Below, piece after piece: positions 52,743 through 62,331 of a DNA stretch of 64,000 bases. The stretch is from Bacteroidales bacterium (GTDB taxonomy: Bacteria > Bacteroidota > Bacteroidia > Bacteroidales > FEN-979), in NCBI GenBank assembly GCA_049317265.1, contig JBMOIP010000007.1:2663-66662 (forward strand). The letters run 5' to 3'. A program made the translations under genes and the position numbers. The stretch's first letter is position 1. Each line of letters opens with the position of its first letter. The notes under the pieces are model-generated. The model saw only the letters and a list, made by a program, of their open reading frames with translations. It did not search any database and was not told the origin of the DNA.

Positions 52743-55099
52743 AATCTCTTTTTCTTACGTTCCACCATATATTTATTCCTGGGCTTTTCATTATCCAGGT
52801 CATTCATCTTTCTGTGCGCCCTCACGAGACTGCGTGGGAGTTCACCTTTGTACCTGATCTTGTAGTATGAAAATCCATTGAAGGGAATGGTTATCTGATC
52901 GGGGTGCATGATAACACGGTTGGCAACACCTTTATCTATAAACTGCACCATAAAGGCCATTTCCCTGGCTTTCACCAACTGACTCAACTTTCTGTCGATG
53001 AATGCATCACCGACAAAGTTGCTACACTTTTCCTGGATGGTATAAAAGGCATGGCCATTGGCCAATTTGTTTAAGTAGTGGACAAAAACTGAATCCTTTA
53101 CCGACATTTTATCCACCATTGCTGAATCTTCTTCACTGAAATTCCGCTCGCTCCCCGGGTGAATCAGCAGGTAATACTTTTTCTTTGCTTCAAAAAAAAG
53201 GGTGTACTCCTTCTCCTTTTCAACAAACGGCATGGGGTAAACCCAAAGGGTTGCCTCCTTGTTTTGCTCAAGATAATCGACCATCCTGGCAACAAACTTA
53301 TCCTGGTTCCGTGATAGCAGACTTTTTCTCATCTCCCATTTAAGGGTAAGTGATTGCTCAATTTCAGATTCCGTATTCTTCACCTCCATCCTGTAGGAGG
53401 TTGTTGCAGGCTTCACGAAGATATTTTCCACTAAATCGACAAGCACATCATGAAGATGAAATTTCGGATCCTTCAGATTACCCGTTATCGGAATCTCATA
53501 ATCGATCACATTGCCCCGCTCACGGATTAGCGACATGATGAGCGGAAGGGGCAGCCAGTTTTTATCTTTATTTCTTACCCTGCCGGTCCTGCGCGGATCA
53601 ATGATGATCACATGATTATTACTTTCAATATGCCCGCTTCTAACCCACCAGGCGCCTTTGAGTTCTATGGTCCCCCTGTCAAGCGGATAGGATGTAAAGG
53701 TGATTATATAAGGATTAAACATGGCGGCAGAGAGCCCCTGCAGAACATATTGAAGATCAAAATCCGTGCTGTCCTTCGGGTTTATACTTAACATTACAGA
53801 GACATTGCCGTAAGGTTTAATCCCCGATTTAAGCAGCACATGAACACGCTCCTGGTCCTTTTCTATCGAATCGGCCACAATGTAGAGCGGGTCAAGCGCG
53901 ACAGAAAATTTCTCACTGACAGCATAGTCATTAAATTGCAAATCAGCACGGTAAATTCCCAACCTGTTGATCTTATAATTACTTGTAAAAAAGTTTTTTG
54001 CCAGCACTTTCACATAGCGCGCTATTTCAATAATAAGGTTGAATCTTGCGACATCAGTCGTGGCAGCAGTTAGGTTGACCCCGTTTTTCCCGAACATTGT
54101 TTGAATGTTGTCAAGGTAATCGTATCGCTCATATTTTAAAAACGGATGGCTCAGCGACACTGAATCGAAAAGGTAATGATGCAGTTTAGGACTTATATCT
54201 CTCATGGCAAGCACCAGGTTATCAAAGGAGGCATAATCCTCATTCGGGTTTTTCCCAAAATGGAAATCATTGATCGAAAGTACTCCTGAAGCATTCAGAT
54301 CCTCCTGGTCCTTGAAATTCCCCCTGGCTTTGATGGTTGCATCGAGATATGCAGAAAAACTTCCATTATTCGTTAAATCTTTGAGATATTGCTGAATGAT
54401 GTTCAGATCAAACTTCCTGACAACAATGGCCAGCCTGTAATCAACAGTTTTAAAATTGATCATTAATTTGCCTTTAACATCCCCTGTGCCTATTCCCGGG
54501 AGAAAGGAAAACTTCGCAGTGATAGAGTCTGAATTCCATCGTTTTCCATCGCTTTCAATGTTTACCTTTTTAATAAAATAGTTGATTGGAATTAATTTCT
54601 CGCGATAATGAAATTCCCCGTCATGAATCACTATTCTGAGAATGTTAAAACGAATGTTGGAGGGTGTTTTATCAACGCCTGCAGGGGTGAATTTTTTTAT
54701 TAAATCGGCAAAATTCAACTCCTTTTTCTCCTGGATGATGGTACCCTTGGGCTGATCCAGGATAATTTCTGAAATTTCAATTGTTTTCGACAGCAACTTA
54801 TGCATGGCAAAGTTAGCGCTCAATCCTTGCGCTGAGAAGAATATAACATCAGCATCCCGGACAGAAGCGGAACTTTTCAACTCATAAATTGTCAAGCCGC
54901 TTAAATGGATATACCCGGTAAAAGGATTAACATAGACCCATCCCAATTCGATTTTTCTTCCGGTATATTTCTCATCATATTTTTCGATGAGATACTTTGC
55001 GATGGGTGATATCAGCACAATGATCACAACTATTGCGGTCAGGATGATACCTGAAACGATAATGATTGTTTTCTTTAATTTGGTATTGGCAATTTTCAT
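52739..55099 (-). CDS. DUF748/AsmA-like large membrane-anchored protein
   Basis: 786 aa with an N-terminal TM anchor (IIIVSGIILTAIVVIIVLI). The N-terminal region resembles DUF748. Confidence 0.6.
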   Translation of the reverse strand: MKIANTKLKKTIIIVSGIILTAIVVIIVLISPIAKYLIEKYDEKYTGRKIELGWVYVNPFTGYIHLSGLTIYELKSSASVRDADVIFFSAQGLSANFAMHKLLSKTIEISEIILDQPKGTIIQEKKELNFADLIKKFTPAGVDKTPSNIRFNILRIVIHDGEFHYREKLIPINYFIKKVNIESDGKRWNSDSITAKFSFLPGIGTGDVKGKLMINFKTVDYRLAIVVRKFDLNIIQQYLKDLTNNGSFSAYLDATIKARGNFKDQEDLNASGVLSINDFHFGKNPNEDYASFDNLVLAMRDISPKLHHYLFDSVSLSHPFLKYERYDYLDNIQTMFGKNGVNLTAATTDVARFNLIIEIARYVKVLAKNFFTSNYKINRLGIYRADLQFNDYAVSEKFSVALDPLYIVADSIEKDQERVHVLLKSGIKPYGNVSVMLSINPKDSTDFDLQYVLQGLSAAMFNPYIITFTSYPLDRGTIELKGAWWVRSGHIESNNHVIIIDPRRTGRVRNKDKNWLPLPLIMSLIRERGNVIDYEIPITGNLKDPKFHLHDVLVDLVENIFVKPATTSYRMEVKNTESEIEQSLTLKWEMRKSLLSRNQDKFVARMVDYLEQNKEATLWVYPMPFVEKEKEYTLFFEAKKKYYLLIHPGSERNFSEEDSAMVDKMSVKDSVFVHYLNKLANGHAFYTIQEKCSNFVGDAFIDRKLSQLVKAREMAFMVQFIDKGVANRVIMHPDQITIPFNGFSYYKIRYKGELPRSLVRAHRKMNDLDNEKPRNKYMVERKKKRL

Positions 55100-55104
55100 C
55101 TTTG

Positions 55105-56016
55105 CTACTTACTAAATTTGGCAAGTCGCTTATTATCAAGTTTCCAGCAAACACTTAATCCCACCTCTTCGGGTGAGGTAGATAATCCAACGGAGAGGTA
55201 TTTGCTGCAGGAAACTTTATGCAAAGCAGGAACCACAATGCCAATTACAGCGCCAAGGCCAAATCCCACTGCCACATCCGAAGGGAAATGGTCAAGCGAT
55301 TTGATGCGTGCATACCCGATTGCCAGTGGTGGAATAGAAGCGGCAAGGTAAATAAGGTATTTTGCAGCACCCAATTCCGGATGATAGTCACAATAAACCT
55401 TTGCCATGAAAAACGTGCTGTAGGCACATGAGCCGACATGTCCGCTAAAGAAAGAGTTCCGGGTATTGTTGTTGTTCATGCGGTAATCCTCGGTAAGTCC
55501 TTCGGATCCGTTTTCAGGATAATAGACAAACGGCCGGTATCGGTTCACAAAAGATGGCCCGAGGGGACTGTAGTTATAGAAGCTGAAAGTAATGGTATGG
55601 CCCTCAACATACATCAGGAGGATATCGAGCCAATCCCTGCGTATGTTTTTATCGATGATCAGCAGGCTCGGCAACACGAAAATGCCGATCTCTCCATAAT
55701 CGGAGAACTTCTTATACAGGGTGCGGTCAGAAGATTTCTGGTGCAATGCCCACCGGTCGATGGAGTTGATAAGGTTTTTCTGCTGATCTGTATTGATGAA
55801 GGACAACTCTTCAGGGGTGAGCTTTGGTTTGCTTTTAAGGCGGCTGATGGCAAAATAATCACCGGCCATCCCAATCCCGATGATACTGCCGGTCACATAG
55901 TAGTTAACATGGTATCTTTTGATACGTTTAACTGGGTTGACAAGAGAGTCGGCAGGTTGGCATAAGGCGCTGACTGAAACACACAGTACCGCCAGTAAAA
56001 ACAAGGTTTTTTTCAT
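55105..56016 (-). CDS. PAP2-like membrane phosphatase (divergent)
   Basis: Signal/TM N-terminus. Contains FSGHVGS and HFPSDVAVG (PAP2 motifs 2 and 3). Motif 1 is not obvious. Confidence 0.6.
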   Translation of the reverse strand: MKKTLFLLAVLCVSVSALCQPADSLVNPVKRIKRYHVNYYVTGSIIGIGMAGDYFAISRLKSKPKLTPEELSFINTDQQKNLINSIDRWALHQKSSDRTLYKKFSDYGEIGIFVLPSLLIIDKNIRRDWLDILLMYVEGHTITFSFYNYSPLGPSFVNRYRPFVYYPENGSEGLTEDYRMNNNNTRNSFFSGHVGSCAYSTFFMAKVYCDYHPELGAAKYLIYLAASIPPLAIGYARIKSLDHFPSDVAVGFGLGAVIGIVVPALHKVSCSKYLSVGLSTSPEEVGLSVCWKLDNKRLAKFSK

Positions 56017-56043
56017 AGAAAATGAGGATCTTACAATCGAATG

Positions 56044-56110
56044 TAAAGATCAGCACATCCCGGGCGGAAGGTGTTACACAACTTTCGAAATAAATTACAT
56101 CATTCACACA
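56044..56110 (-). promoter_or_regulatory. conserved 67-bp promoter module P13
   Basis: Gene-oriented sequence: TGTGTGAATGATGTAAT-N13-TGTGTAACAC-N23-TTTA, 27 nt from ATG 56016. The first 7 nt overlap the last Val codon and the TGA stop of the AraC paralog. Confidence 0.65.
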
Positions 56111-56664
56111 TTTTCCAGTGTGCTGCGCTTTTTATGCTTGAGGGATTTGAAAAAAGAGGGAGTAAGGCCTGTAATCTTTTTAAATTGGTGGGAAAGATGG
56201 GCCACACTGCTGTAGTGCAGCTTCCATGCTATTTCAGAGAGGTTGAGTTCGTCGTAAATGATCAACTCCTTAACCCGTTCTATTTTATGGAGAATGATAA
56301 AATGCTCTATCGTTATTCCCTTGGTCTCAGAAAAGATGTTTGCAAGGTAGGTGTAGTCATGGTTCAGCTTTTCACCCAGGTAATCCGAAAAATTCACCTT
56401 GGGCACCTCATCGGTGTAATGGACCATTTCGATAATGACATTTTGGATCTTCTCTATCAGGATCGCCTTTTTATCATCCATCAACTCAAGTCCCGAACAC
56501 AACAAAATGGTTTTCAACTGTTCACGTTGCTGCTGGGTAATGGTTTCCATTACCTCAACTTCTCCCAGGTCAACAGTGACGTAATGCAGCCCAAGCTTTT
56601 TCAACTGCTCCTTCACCAGCATCTTACACCGGATGCTCACCATGTATTTAATGTAAAGTTTCAT
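56104..56664 (-). CDS. small AraC-family regulator, paralog of 34448-35029
   Basis: 186 aa, colinear with the other copy over its full length (MKLYIKYMVSIRCKMLVKEQLKKLGLH...YSSVAHLSHQFKKITGLTPSFF). Confidence 0.8.
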   Translation of the reverse strand: MKLYIKYMVSIRCKMLVKEQLKKLGLHYVTVDLGEVEVMETITQQQREQLKTILLCSGLELMDDKKAILIEKIQNVIIEMVHYTDEVPKVNFSDYLGEKLNHDYTYLANIFSETKGITIEHFIILHKIERVKELIIYDELNLSEIAWKLHYSSVAHLSHQFKKITGLTPSFFKSLKHKKRSTLENV

Positions 56665-56682
56665 CTGCTGAACGGATTTCTC

Positions 56683-59127
56683 CTATTTTTTAAAAAATCT
56701 GACAACCCCGGTTACCACTAATCCGGCTAACAGCAGCAGTACTGCAAGTGAACTGACTAAAGATACCTTCTCACCGATGGCATAAACCGCCGGTTCGAAC
56801 CTGAATTCGAGTTTATGGTTGCCAGCAGGCAGGACCATTGCCCTTAGCACATAGTTGGCCCTGAAATGGGGTGTCAGGGTTCCGTCAACATAGGCATTCC
56901 ATCCTTTGGGATACCAGATTTCGGAAAAGAGGGCAACACCACTGTTTCGCGTATTGTAGGAATATTGAAGCCGGTTAGGTGCATAGGTTTCCAGGCTAAT
57001 ACGGTCGCTGGAATCACGTCCGCCGGAAAAACCTTTAAGCTGTTCGCTGAATTGCCGGTCAACGATGGCCACCGAATCGGGACGGAAAGAGGTAAGCGCC
57101 CCCAGCTCCTCATCCGCATTAGCCACTAACTTTACCGCCGGGACAAACCATGCATGCCCCAGGGCTGCCTGGTTCAACTGAACTTCCGGTTGCCGGTTTT
57201 TATCAGGGACAATAAAGTACTTTGTGTTGAGCATGTTTAAAACGCTCATGTTATTTTTACTGATCTGATGATCCCATAGCTCCTGGTATCGTCGCATTTT
57301 CACCCCGCTGTAACCGCCGAGTGATTTATGGAAATAAGAGGTCGCCGGATCAATAAACGGGTTCGAAGAGGTGAGGTTGAACACCCTGTAATCCGGATCA
57401 GGATCGCGGAGGATTTGTTGATCTGCTGCGGAAGCTTCAAATGGAACCACCTGTGAAGATGCCGGGGTAAAACTGTCGCTGCTCAGGTACCGTTTATTGA
57501 TGGGAAACATATCCGCAAGAAGGAGTACCAGCAATAATGGGAAAAGGTAGTTCTGTTTAATCTTACCGGCAAGAACACCTTGCAAAAGCAATGCAGCAAA
57601 GGTGATAAATGCAAAACTGCGCCATGCATCCCTGCTGAGCAATTTCAACCTGTCGGCCCTGATGGCAGCCATGAACCAGTCGGGATAATGGCTTGCAAGT
57701 TCTGCATCATTCGGGCCTATGAAATTAAAGAACAGGCCGGGGAAGAGTGCGAACAGGATACTGATTCCCGCAGTTATTCCGAATGCAATGCGCAACATAA
57801 GCATGTTCCTTTTCTTATTACCCGATGGTTCCAGAAACTCCTTTACAGCAAGAATCCCGAGCAGCGGCATGGTAAATTCAGCAATGACCAGGATCATCGT
57901 CACTGCCCTGAACTTGTTGTAGCCGGGGAAATAGTCAAGAAAAAGGTTGGTTGCTGCCATGAAGTTGTGCCCCCAGGCTAGCACCACTGATAGCAGTGTA
58001 GCTGTCAATAGCCACCATTTCAGGGGTCCCTTCACGATAAACAGCCCCAATAAAAAAAGGAAACAGACAATAGCGCCAACATAAACCGGCCCCGAGGTAC
58101 TGGGTTGATTCCCCCAATAGTAGAGGAATGAAACCGGTTGCCCGGCAAACTGCTTCACGGTTCCCGGATCAACGCCATTCTCCTGCATCGCCTTAACCAC
58201 CTCCGAGTTTTCACTTACTTTAGCCCCTGATGCGCCACCGTAAACATTGGGGATCAGCAGGGTCATGGTTTCACCGATACCATAACTCCAGTAGGTGGCA
58301 TAATCACGGTCGATGCCTGCCGTTCGGTTCTGTTTGTCTGTTGCGAGTTCCGATTTGCCCCGTACAGTATATTTGGTGTATTCCAGGGTTGCCCAAAGAG
58401 TTGTGAGGTTGGTCAGGACAGCAAATACCAGGGCGAGCGCCATCACGCCACAAGCGGTAAAATAGGTGCCAAGCGCCTTCTCCCGGACTGCTTTCACCAG
58501 CAGAAAAACCATTAAAAGCAAGGCAATGATCGCCAAGTAATAAGTAATCTGGGGATGGTTCGCCTTGATCTCCAGTGACAGGAAAACAGCAGTCAACGCG
58601 CCGCCAAGCCAGTATTTTCTACGGAGTGTAAGGATCATCCCGGCTATGAGCGGGGCCATATAGGCGATTGCATGGGCCTCGGAGTTATGTCCTACATCAA
58701 TAATGATAAAGAAAAATGAGGAGAAGCCAAATGCGACGGCCCCGGCTATGGAAAGCCACGGATCGACCTTCAGGACGATCAGCAGGATGAAAAAACCAAG
58801 AAAGTATAAAAAGATTGTGCTCGCCGGATGCGGAAGGCCCAGGGTTAGGACTATATCAAGATGCCCGAGCAGGTTTCCCGGGTACTTTGTAGAAACCTGG
58901 TAGGCCGGCATCCCGCCATACATCGAGTTTGTCCAGAGAGGCTCCTGCCCCGTTTTATCCCTGAAATCGGAGATCTCCTTTGAGACTCCCCTGAAATTGA
59001 TGATGTCCGACTGGTAGATCTTCTTTCCTTCAAGTAAAGGATAGAGGTAGGCCATGGTGATGACCAGAAATACTACAATGGCGGTGGCATAAGGAGCCAG
59101 GTTTTTCAGGTCGTTTTTTGTTACCAT
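56683..59127 (-). CDS. YfhO-family polytopic membrane protein (putative glycosyltransferase)
   Basis: 814 aa with more than 12 TM segments and the N-terminus YLYPLLEGKKIYQSDIINFRG...WTNSMYGGMPAYQ, typical of YfhO. Confidence 0.7.
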   Translation of the reverse strand: MVTKNDLKNLAPYATAIVVFLVITMAYLYPLLEGKKIYQSDIINFRGVSKEISDFRDKTGQEPLWTNSMYGGMPAYQVSTKYPGNLLGHLDIVLTLGLPHPASTIFLYFLGFFILLIVLKVDPWLSIAGAVAFGFSSFFFIIIDVGHNSEAHAIAYMAPLIAGMILTLRRKYWLGGALTAVFLSLEIKANHPQITYYLAIIALLLMVFLLVKAVREKALGTYFTACGVMALALVFAVLTNLTTLWATLEYTKYTVRGKSELATDKQNRTAGIDRDYATYWSYGIGETMTLLIPNVYGGASGAKVSENSEVVKAMQENGVDPGTVKQFAGQPVSFLYYWGNQPSTSGPVYVGAIVCFLFLLGLFIVKGPLKWWLLTATLLSVVLAWGHNFMAATNLFLDYFPGYNKFRAVTMILVIAEFTMPLLGILAVKEFLEPSGNKKRNMLMLRIAFGITAGISILFALFPGLFFNFIGPNDAELASHYPDWFMAAIRADRLKLLSRDAWRSFAFITFAALLLQGVLAGKIKQNYLFPLLLVLLLADMFPINKRYLSSDSFTPASSQVVPFEASAADQQILRDPDPDYRVFNLTSSNPFIDPATSYFHKSLGGYSGVKMRRYQELWDHQISKNNMSVLNMLNTKYFIVPDKNRQPEVQLNQAALGHAWFVPAVKLVANADEELGALTSFRPDSVAIVDRQFSEQLKGFSGGRDSSDRISLETYAPNRLQYSYNTRNSGVALFSEIWYPKGWNAYVDGTLTPHFRANYVLRAMVLPAGNHKLEFRFEPAVYAIGEKVSLVSSLAVLLLLAGLVVTGVVRFFKK

Positions 59128-59129
59128 AG

Positions 59130-60125
59130 TTAGTCGATGTGCTCTTTGTTAACACTTGATTCCATCCATCTTGTATTTCGCCATTCACTTTGCTCTTCAC
59201 GGGTAAGGAAGGTCCAGGCAACCATGCGGCTCGATTTATTTCCCTGGCCCATCGGGATGGTCTTCACCTCCATGGCTTGCTCTTTCGACAAAGCATCATA
59301 TACCCCCTTCAGGTGCGACTGCTTGGATATCAGCGTGGTAAACCAAAAACATGATTTTGCGAAAAATTTACTCTGACGCACCATATCCTGAACAAACTTC
59401 CCCTCTCCCCCTTTGCACCACAACTCTCCGTGTTGTCCTCCGAAATTAAGCACAGGCTCGCCGCTTTTCCCGGGACTCAGGTTATTCTGTTTAAGCAGCG
59501 CCCCGGACTTCGCTTCTTCGGCTGAGGCATGAAACGGAGGGTTACACACGGAGAGATCAATAACTTCCTCTTTTTGGAGGATCCCGAAAAAGATGTCATT
59601 GGGCTGCTTCTGGATACGAAACTCAATCTTGTCCGCTAAAACCGGGTTTAAACCGACAATTTTAGAGGCAGATTCTATGGCAAGCGGATCAATATCGGAA
59701 CCAATGAATGACCAACCATACTCTATGTTTCCAAGGATAGGGTAAATACAGTTTGCCCCTACGCCAATATCAAAACATTTGATCTTCCCGCCCCGGGGAA
59801 TGACCCCGAAATTCTTACTGCCAAGCAAATCCGCCACATGATGGAGGTAGTCTGCCCGACCGGGTATTGGCGGGCAGAGAAACCCGTCGGGGATATCCCA
59901 GTTGGCTATGCCATAGAAGTGGATCAGCAGCGCCCGGTTCAGCATTTTCACGGCTGCGGGATCTGCGAAATCTATAGACTCATCCTCAAACATGTTCAGC
60001 CTGACAAATGGGGCCAATTCCGGGCATGACAATGTTAACTTGCTGAAATCATACCTTTCACGATGTTTGTTCCGTGAATGTAACCGGGTCTTTTCCTTCG
60101 GGTGTTCTCTCTTTTTAACAGGCAT
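59130..60125 (-). CDS. rlmF: 23S rRNA (adenine1618-N6)-methyltransferase
   Basis: Contains HSRNKHRERYDF, IPGRADYLHHVADLL, a GxGxxxIYP SAM-binding site, and an NPPF catalytic motif. Confidence 0.75.
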   Translation of the reverse strand: MPVKKREHPKEKTRLHSRNKHRERYDFSKLTLSCPELAPFVRLNMFEDESIDFADPAAVKMLNRALLIHFYGIANWDIPDGFLCPPIPGRADYLHHVADLLGSKNFGVIPRGGKIKCFDIGVGANCIYPILGNIEYGWSFIGSDIDPLAIESASKIVGLNPVLADKIEFRIQKQPNDIFFGILQKEEVIDLSVCNPPFHASAEEAKSGALLKQNNLSPGKSGEPVLNFGGQHGELWCKGGEGKFVQDMVRQSKFFAKSCFWFTTLISKQSHLKGVYDALSKEQAMEVKTIPMGQGNKSSRMVAWTFLTREEQSEWRNTRWMESSVNKEHID

Positions 60126-60181
60126 GAAATTTCAGTCAGTAATATTATTTAATCAACTATACGCTTGATGATCGGCTCCCA

Positions 60182-61438
60182 TTATTCAATGACAAATTTG
60201 ACAACTTCGCTTTTATCACCAGAATTCACTTTTAGGAAATAGACTCCTTTTGATAACGTTGGCAGCATAATATCATTTTTTTCCTGCATCAGAGGCTCTT
60301 GAAGAATGAGTTGTCCGTAACTGTTAAATATTGAAATCAATCCCCTGTCGCTGCTGTTAAACGATGGGTATCTGAGTGTGATTTTATCTGTGGCCGGGTT
60401 TGGATAAACGCGTGGCAACTTACTATTAACCAACTCCCTGACGCTGACATACGTTCCACCATCGGTGGTTTTTAAAATATTGTCTCCGCTCAGGGCATAT
60501 CCAATACTGTCAGTAACAAATGCAATCCCTGAACTTGCAATTCCTACCATGGATGGTGGGTTCCAGTCATAAAGACTCATCTGCCAGTTTTGTCCGAAAT
60601 CAGTTGTCTTTGAAATACCAATAAAACACTCTCCATTGGTGGTGCAATTCGATGTAATGGTAAAACCAAGGCTGTCATTGCGGAAATACATTCCGGTGAT
60701 GCCCGTCGGATTAGCGGCTAAATAATCATGGGTCCAGAAGATATTATCTGTCGTTCTATATAACTCATCACCTCCATAGCTGTAGTTATGTACCCATCCG
60801 GCCAGCATGTATGCATAATTCCCGGTCAGGCATAATGCATAAAAGTCCTTAGTTGTAGCCAGGTTCACCAGGTTCCATGTGGAGCCGCCGTTAGTGGTCT
60901 TCAGTAAAGTGCCGGCGTTTCCCGCAATATATCCGTTGCTGAAATTTCTGAAACGCACACTGTTCAACCTGTTTTGCGTTAAAGCATTGTTGTTCTGCCA
61001 TGTACTTCCGAAATCGAGGGAGGTCAGTATCACACCACTATCTCCAACAACCCATATATTATCCGGTGCAACAATGAAAACAGAAAAAAGGTCCCTGGTA
61101 GTTCCTGAAGTCAATGCAGTCCATGTATTCCCGCCATCAGAAGTTTTCAGGATAGCGCCATTGGTCCCAACGGCATAACCTGTTGAACTGCTGACGAAGG
61201 CCATATCAAAGAATGATTCGGCAGAGCCGGTGTTGCTTTGAACCCAAAGCGATCCGCCATTCGTTGTTTTACAAAATTTTCCCGGGTCGGCCATCACAAA
61301 GACTGTATCCCTGGTGAAGGGTGAAATTACACCGGACAGGTTTCCGGATAAATTTGAGTTCTGGTACTGCCAGCCCTGCTGGGCCATCAGTTGATTGCCA
61401 AAGACAATCAATAGGAACAGAAGAAGATTTGCTTTCAT
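60182..61438 (-). CDS. BNR/Ycf48-like beta-propeller protein with T9SS C-terminal domain
   Basis: Repeated S/T-x-D/N-G-G-x-T-W motifs (TTNGGSLW, TSDGGNTW, SLDFGSTW, TTNGGSTW, TTDGGTY). C-terminus VYPNPATDKITL...GVYFLKV. Confidence 0.7.
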   Translation of the reverse strand: MKANLLLFLLIVFGNQLMAQQGWQYQNSNLSGNLSGVISPFTRDTVFVMADPGKFCKTTNGGSLWVQSNTGSAESFFDMAFVSSSTGYAVGTNGAILKTSDGGNTWTALTSGTTRDLFSVFIVAPDNIWVVGDSGVILTSLDFGSTWQNNNALTQNRLNSVRFRNFSNGYIAGNAGTLLKTTNGGSTWNLVNLATTKDFYALCLTGNYAYMLAGWVHNYSYGGDELYRTTDNIFWTHDYLAANPTGITGMYFRNDSLGFTITSNCTTNGECFIGISKTTDFGQNWQMSLYDWNPPSMVGIASSGIAFVTDSIGYALSGDNILKTTDGGTYVSVRELVNSKLPRVYPNPATDKITLRYPSFNSSDRGLISIFNSYGQLILQEPLMQEKNDIMLPTLSKGVYFLKVNSGDKSEVVKFVIE

Positions 61439-61519
61439 TTTGGTGGGATTTTATGTTTGATAACAGTGATATTGGCAACCAAACATTCAAAAACATCTGC
61501 AACTACAAGTCAAACAAAA

Positions 61520-62215
61520 CTATACCGGTATAATTTTCAACACATCAGCGAGATTAACGACTGTAAAATATTTACTGTTGTCCGGTAATGCATGATCATT
61601 TTCATGCTGCCAGGTCGTCTCATATGGAACATGAATCGCGGATGCTCCAATATTGATCACGGGTAAAACATCTGATTTGATGGAATTTCCGATCATGATG
61701 AAATCTTCAGGTTCAATATCAAGGCGCCGGATAAGTTTCAGGTAATTCTCTTCCCTCTTGTCACTCATGATCTCAATGTGGTGAAAGCAGGTGATCAGCC
61801 CCGACTTTTCAAGTTTTCGTTCCTGGTCAAGCAGGTCGCCCTTTGTTGCCAGGATCAGTTTATACCTGGTTTGCAATTTCTTTAATACTGCCGCCGTGTT
61901 GTCGAGAAGTACCACAGGCATATTCATTAAGGCTTTGCCGATTTCCAGTATCCGTTCTGTTTCAGTAGCGGTAATTTGGCCTCCTGAAATCCGTATGGCA
62001 GTCTCGACCATTGACAGGACAAACCCCTTAGCACCATAGCCATACAATTCAAGATTCCGGATCTCTGTTTTAAACAACTCACTACGCGTCTCTTTTTCCG
62101 GAGCGTAGGGTTTTAATATTTCGCAGAAATCGCTCTCAGTAGTTTGATAAAACGGCTCATTAACCCATAAGGTGTCATCTGCATCAAAACCAATTATTTT
62201 AAAATCCCTCGCCAT
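61520..62215 (-). CDS. HAD-superfamily hydrolase
   Basis: DxDxT motif (FDADDTLW), a later TKGD, and GNSIKSD. Confidence 0.75.
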   Translation of the reverse strand: MARDFKIIGFDADDTLWVNEPFYQTTESDFCEILKPYAPEKETRSELFKTEIRNLELYGYGAKGFVLSMVETAIRISGGQITATETERILEIGKALMNMPVVLLDNTAAVLKKLQTRYKLILATKGDLLDQERKLEKSGLITCFHHIEIMSDKREENYLKLIRRLDIEPEDFIMIGNSIKSDVLPVINIGASAIHVPYETTWQHENDHALPDNSKYFTVVNLADVLKIIPV

Positions 62216-62331
62216 AAGTGCCTCTTGACTCCATCCATTCTCACTTCCAAAAGTACATAATAATTCGTTGTCAGGGAAAAATGTTCTGAGGCAGATTCCA
62301 AATATTAATTGATCACAACGATGCCAAATGG

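Noticed and set aside
12522-56110. Whether the 67-bp modules are simply a dispersed repeat, MITE or REP family.
   Set aside because: Only the boxes are conserved, while the 13- and 23-nt spacers differ in sequence. There are no terminal inverted repeats or target duplications. Orientation is always toward the next start codon at a short distance.
12522-56110. Sigma-54 (-24 GG / -12 GC) reading of the module.
   Set aside because: No conserved GG-N10-GC pair occurs at fixed positions. The 3' element matches the housekeeping-type TAnnTTTG box instead.
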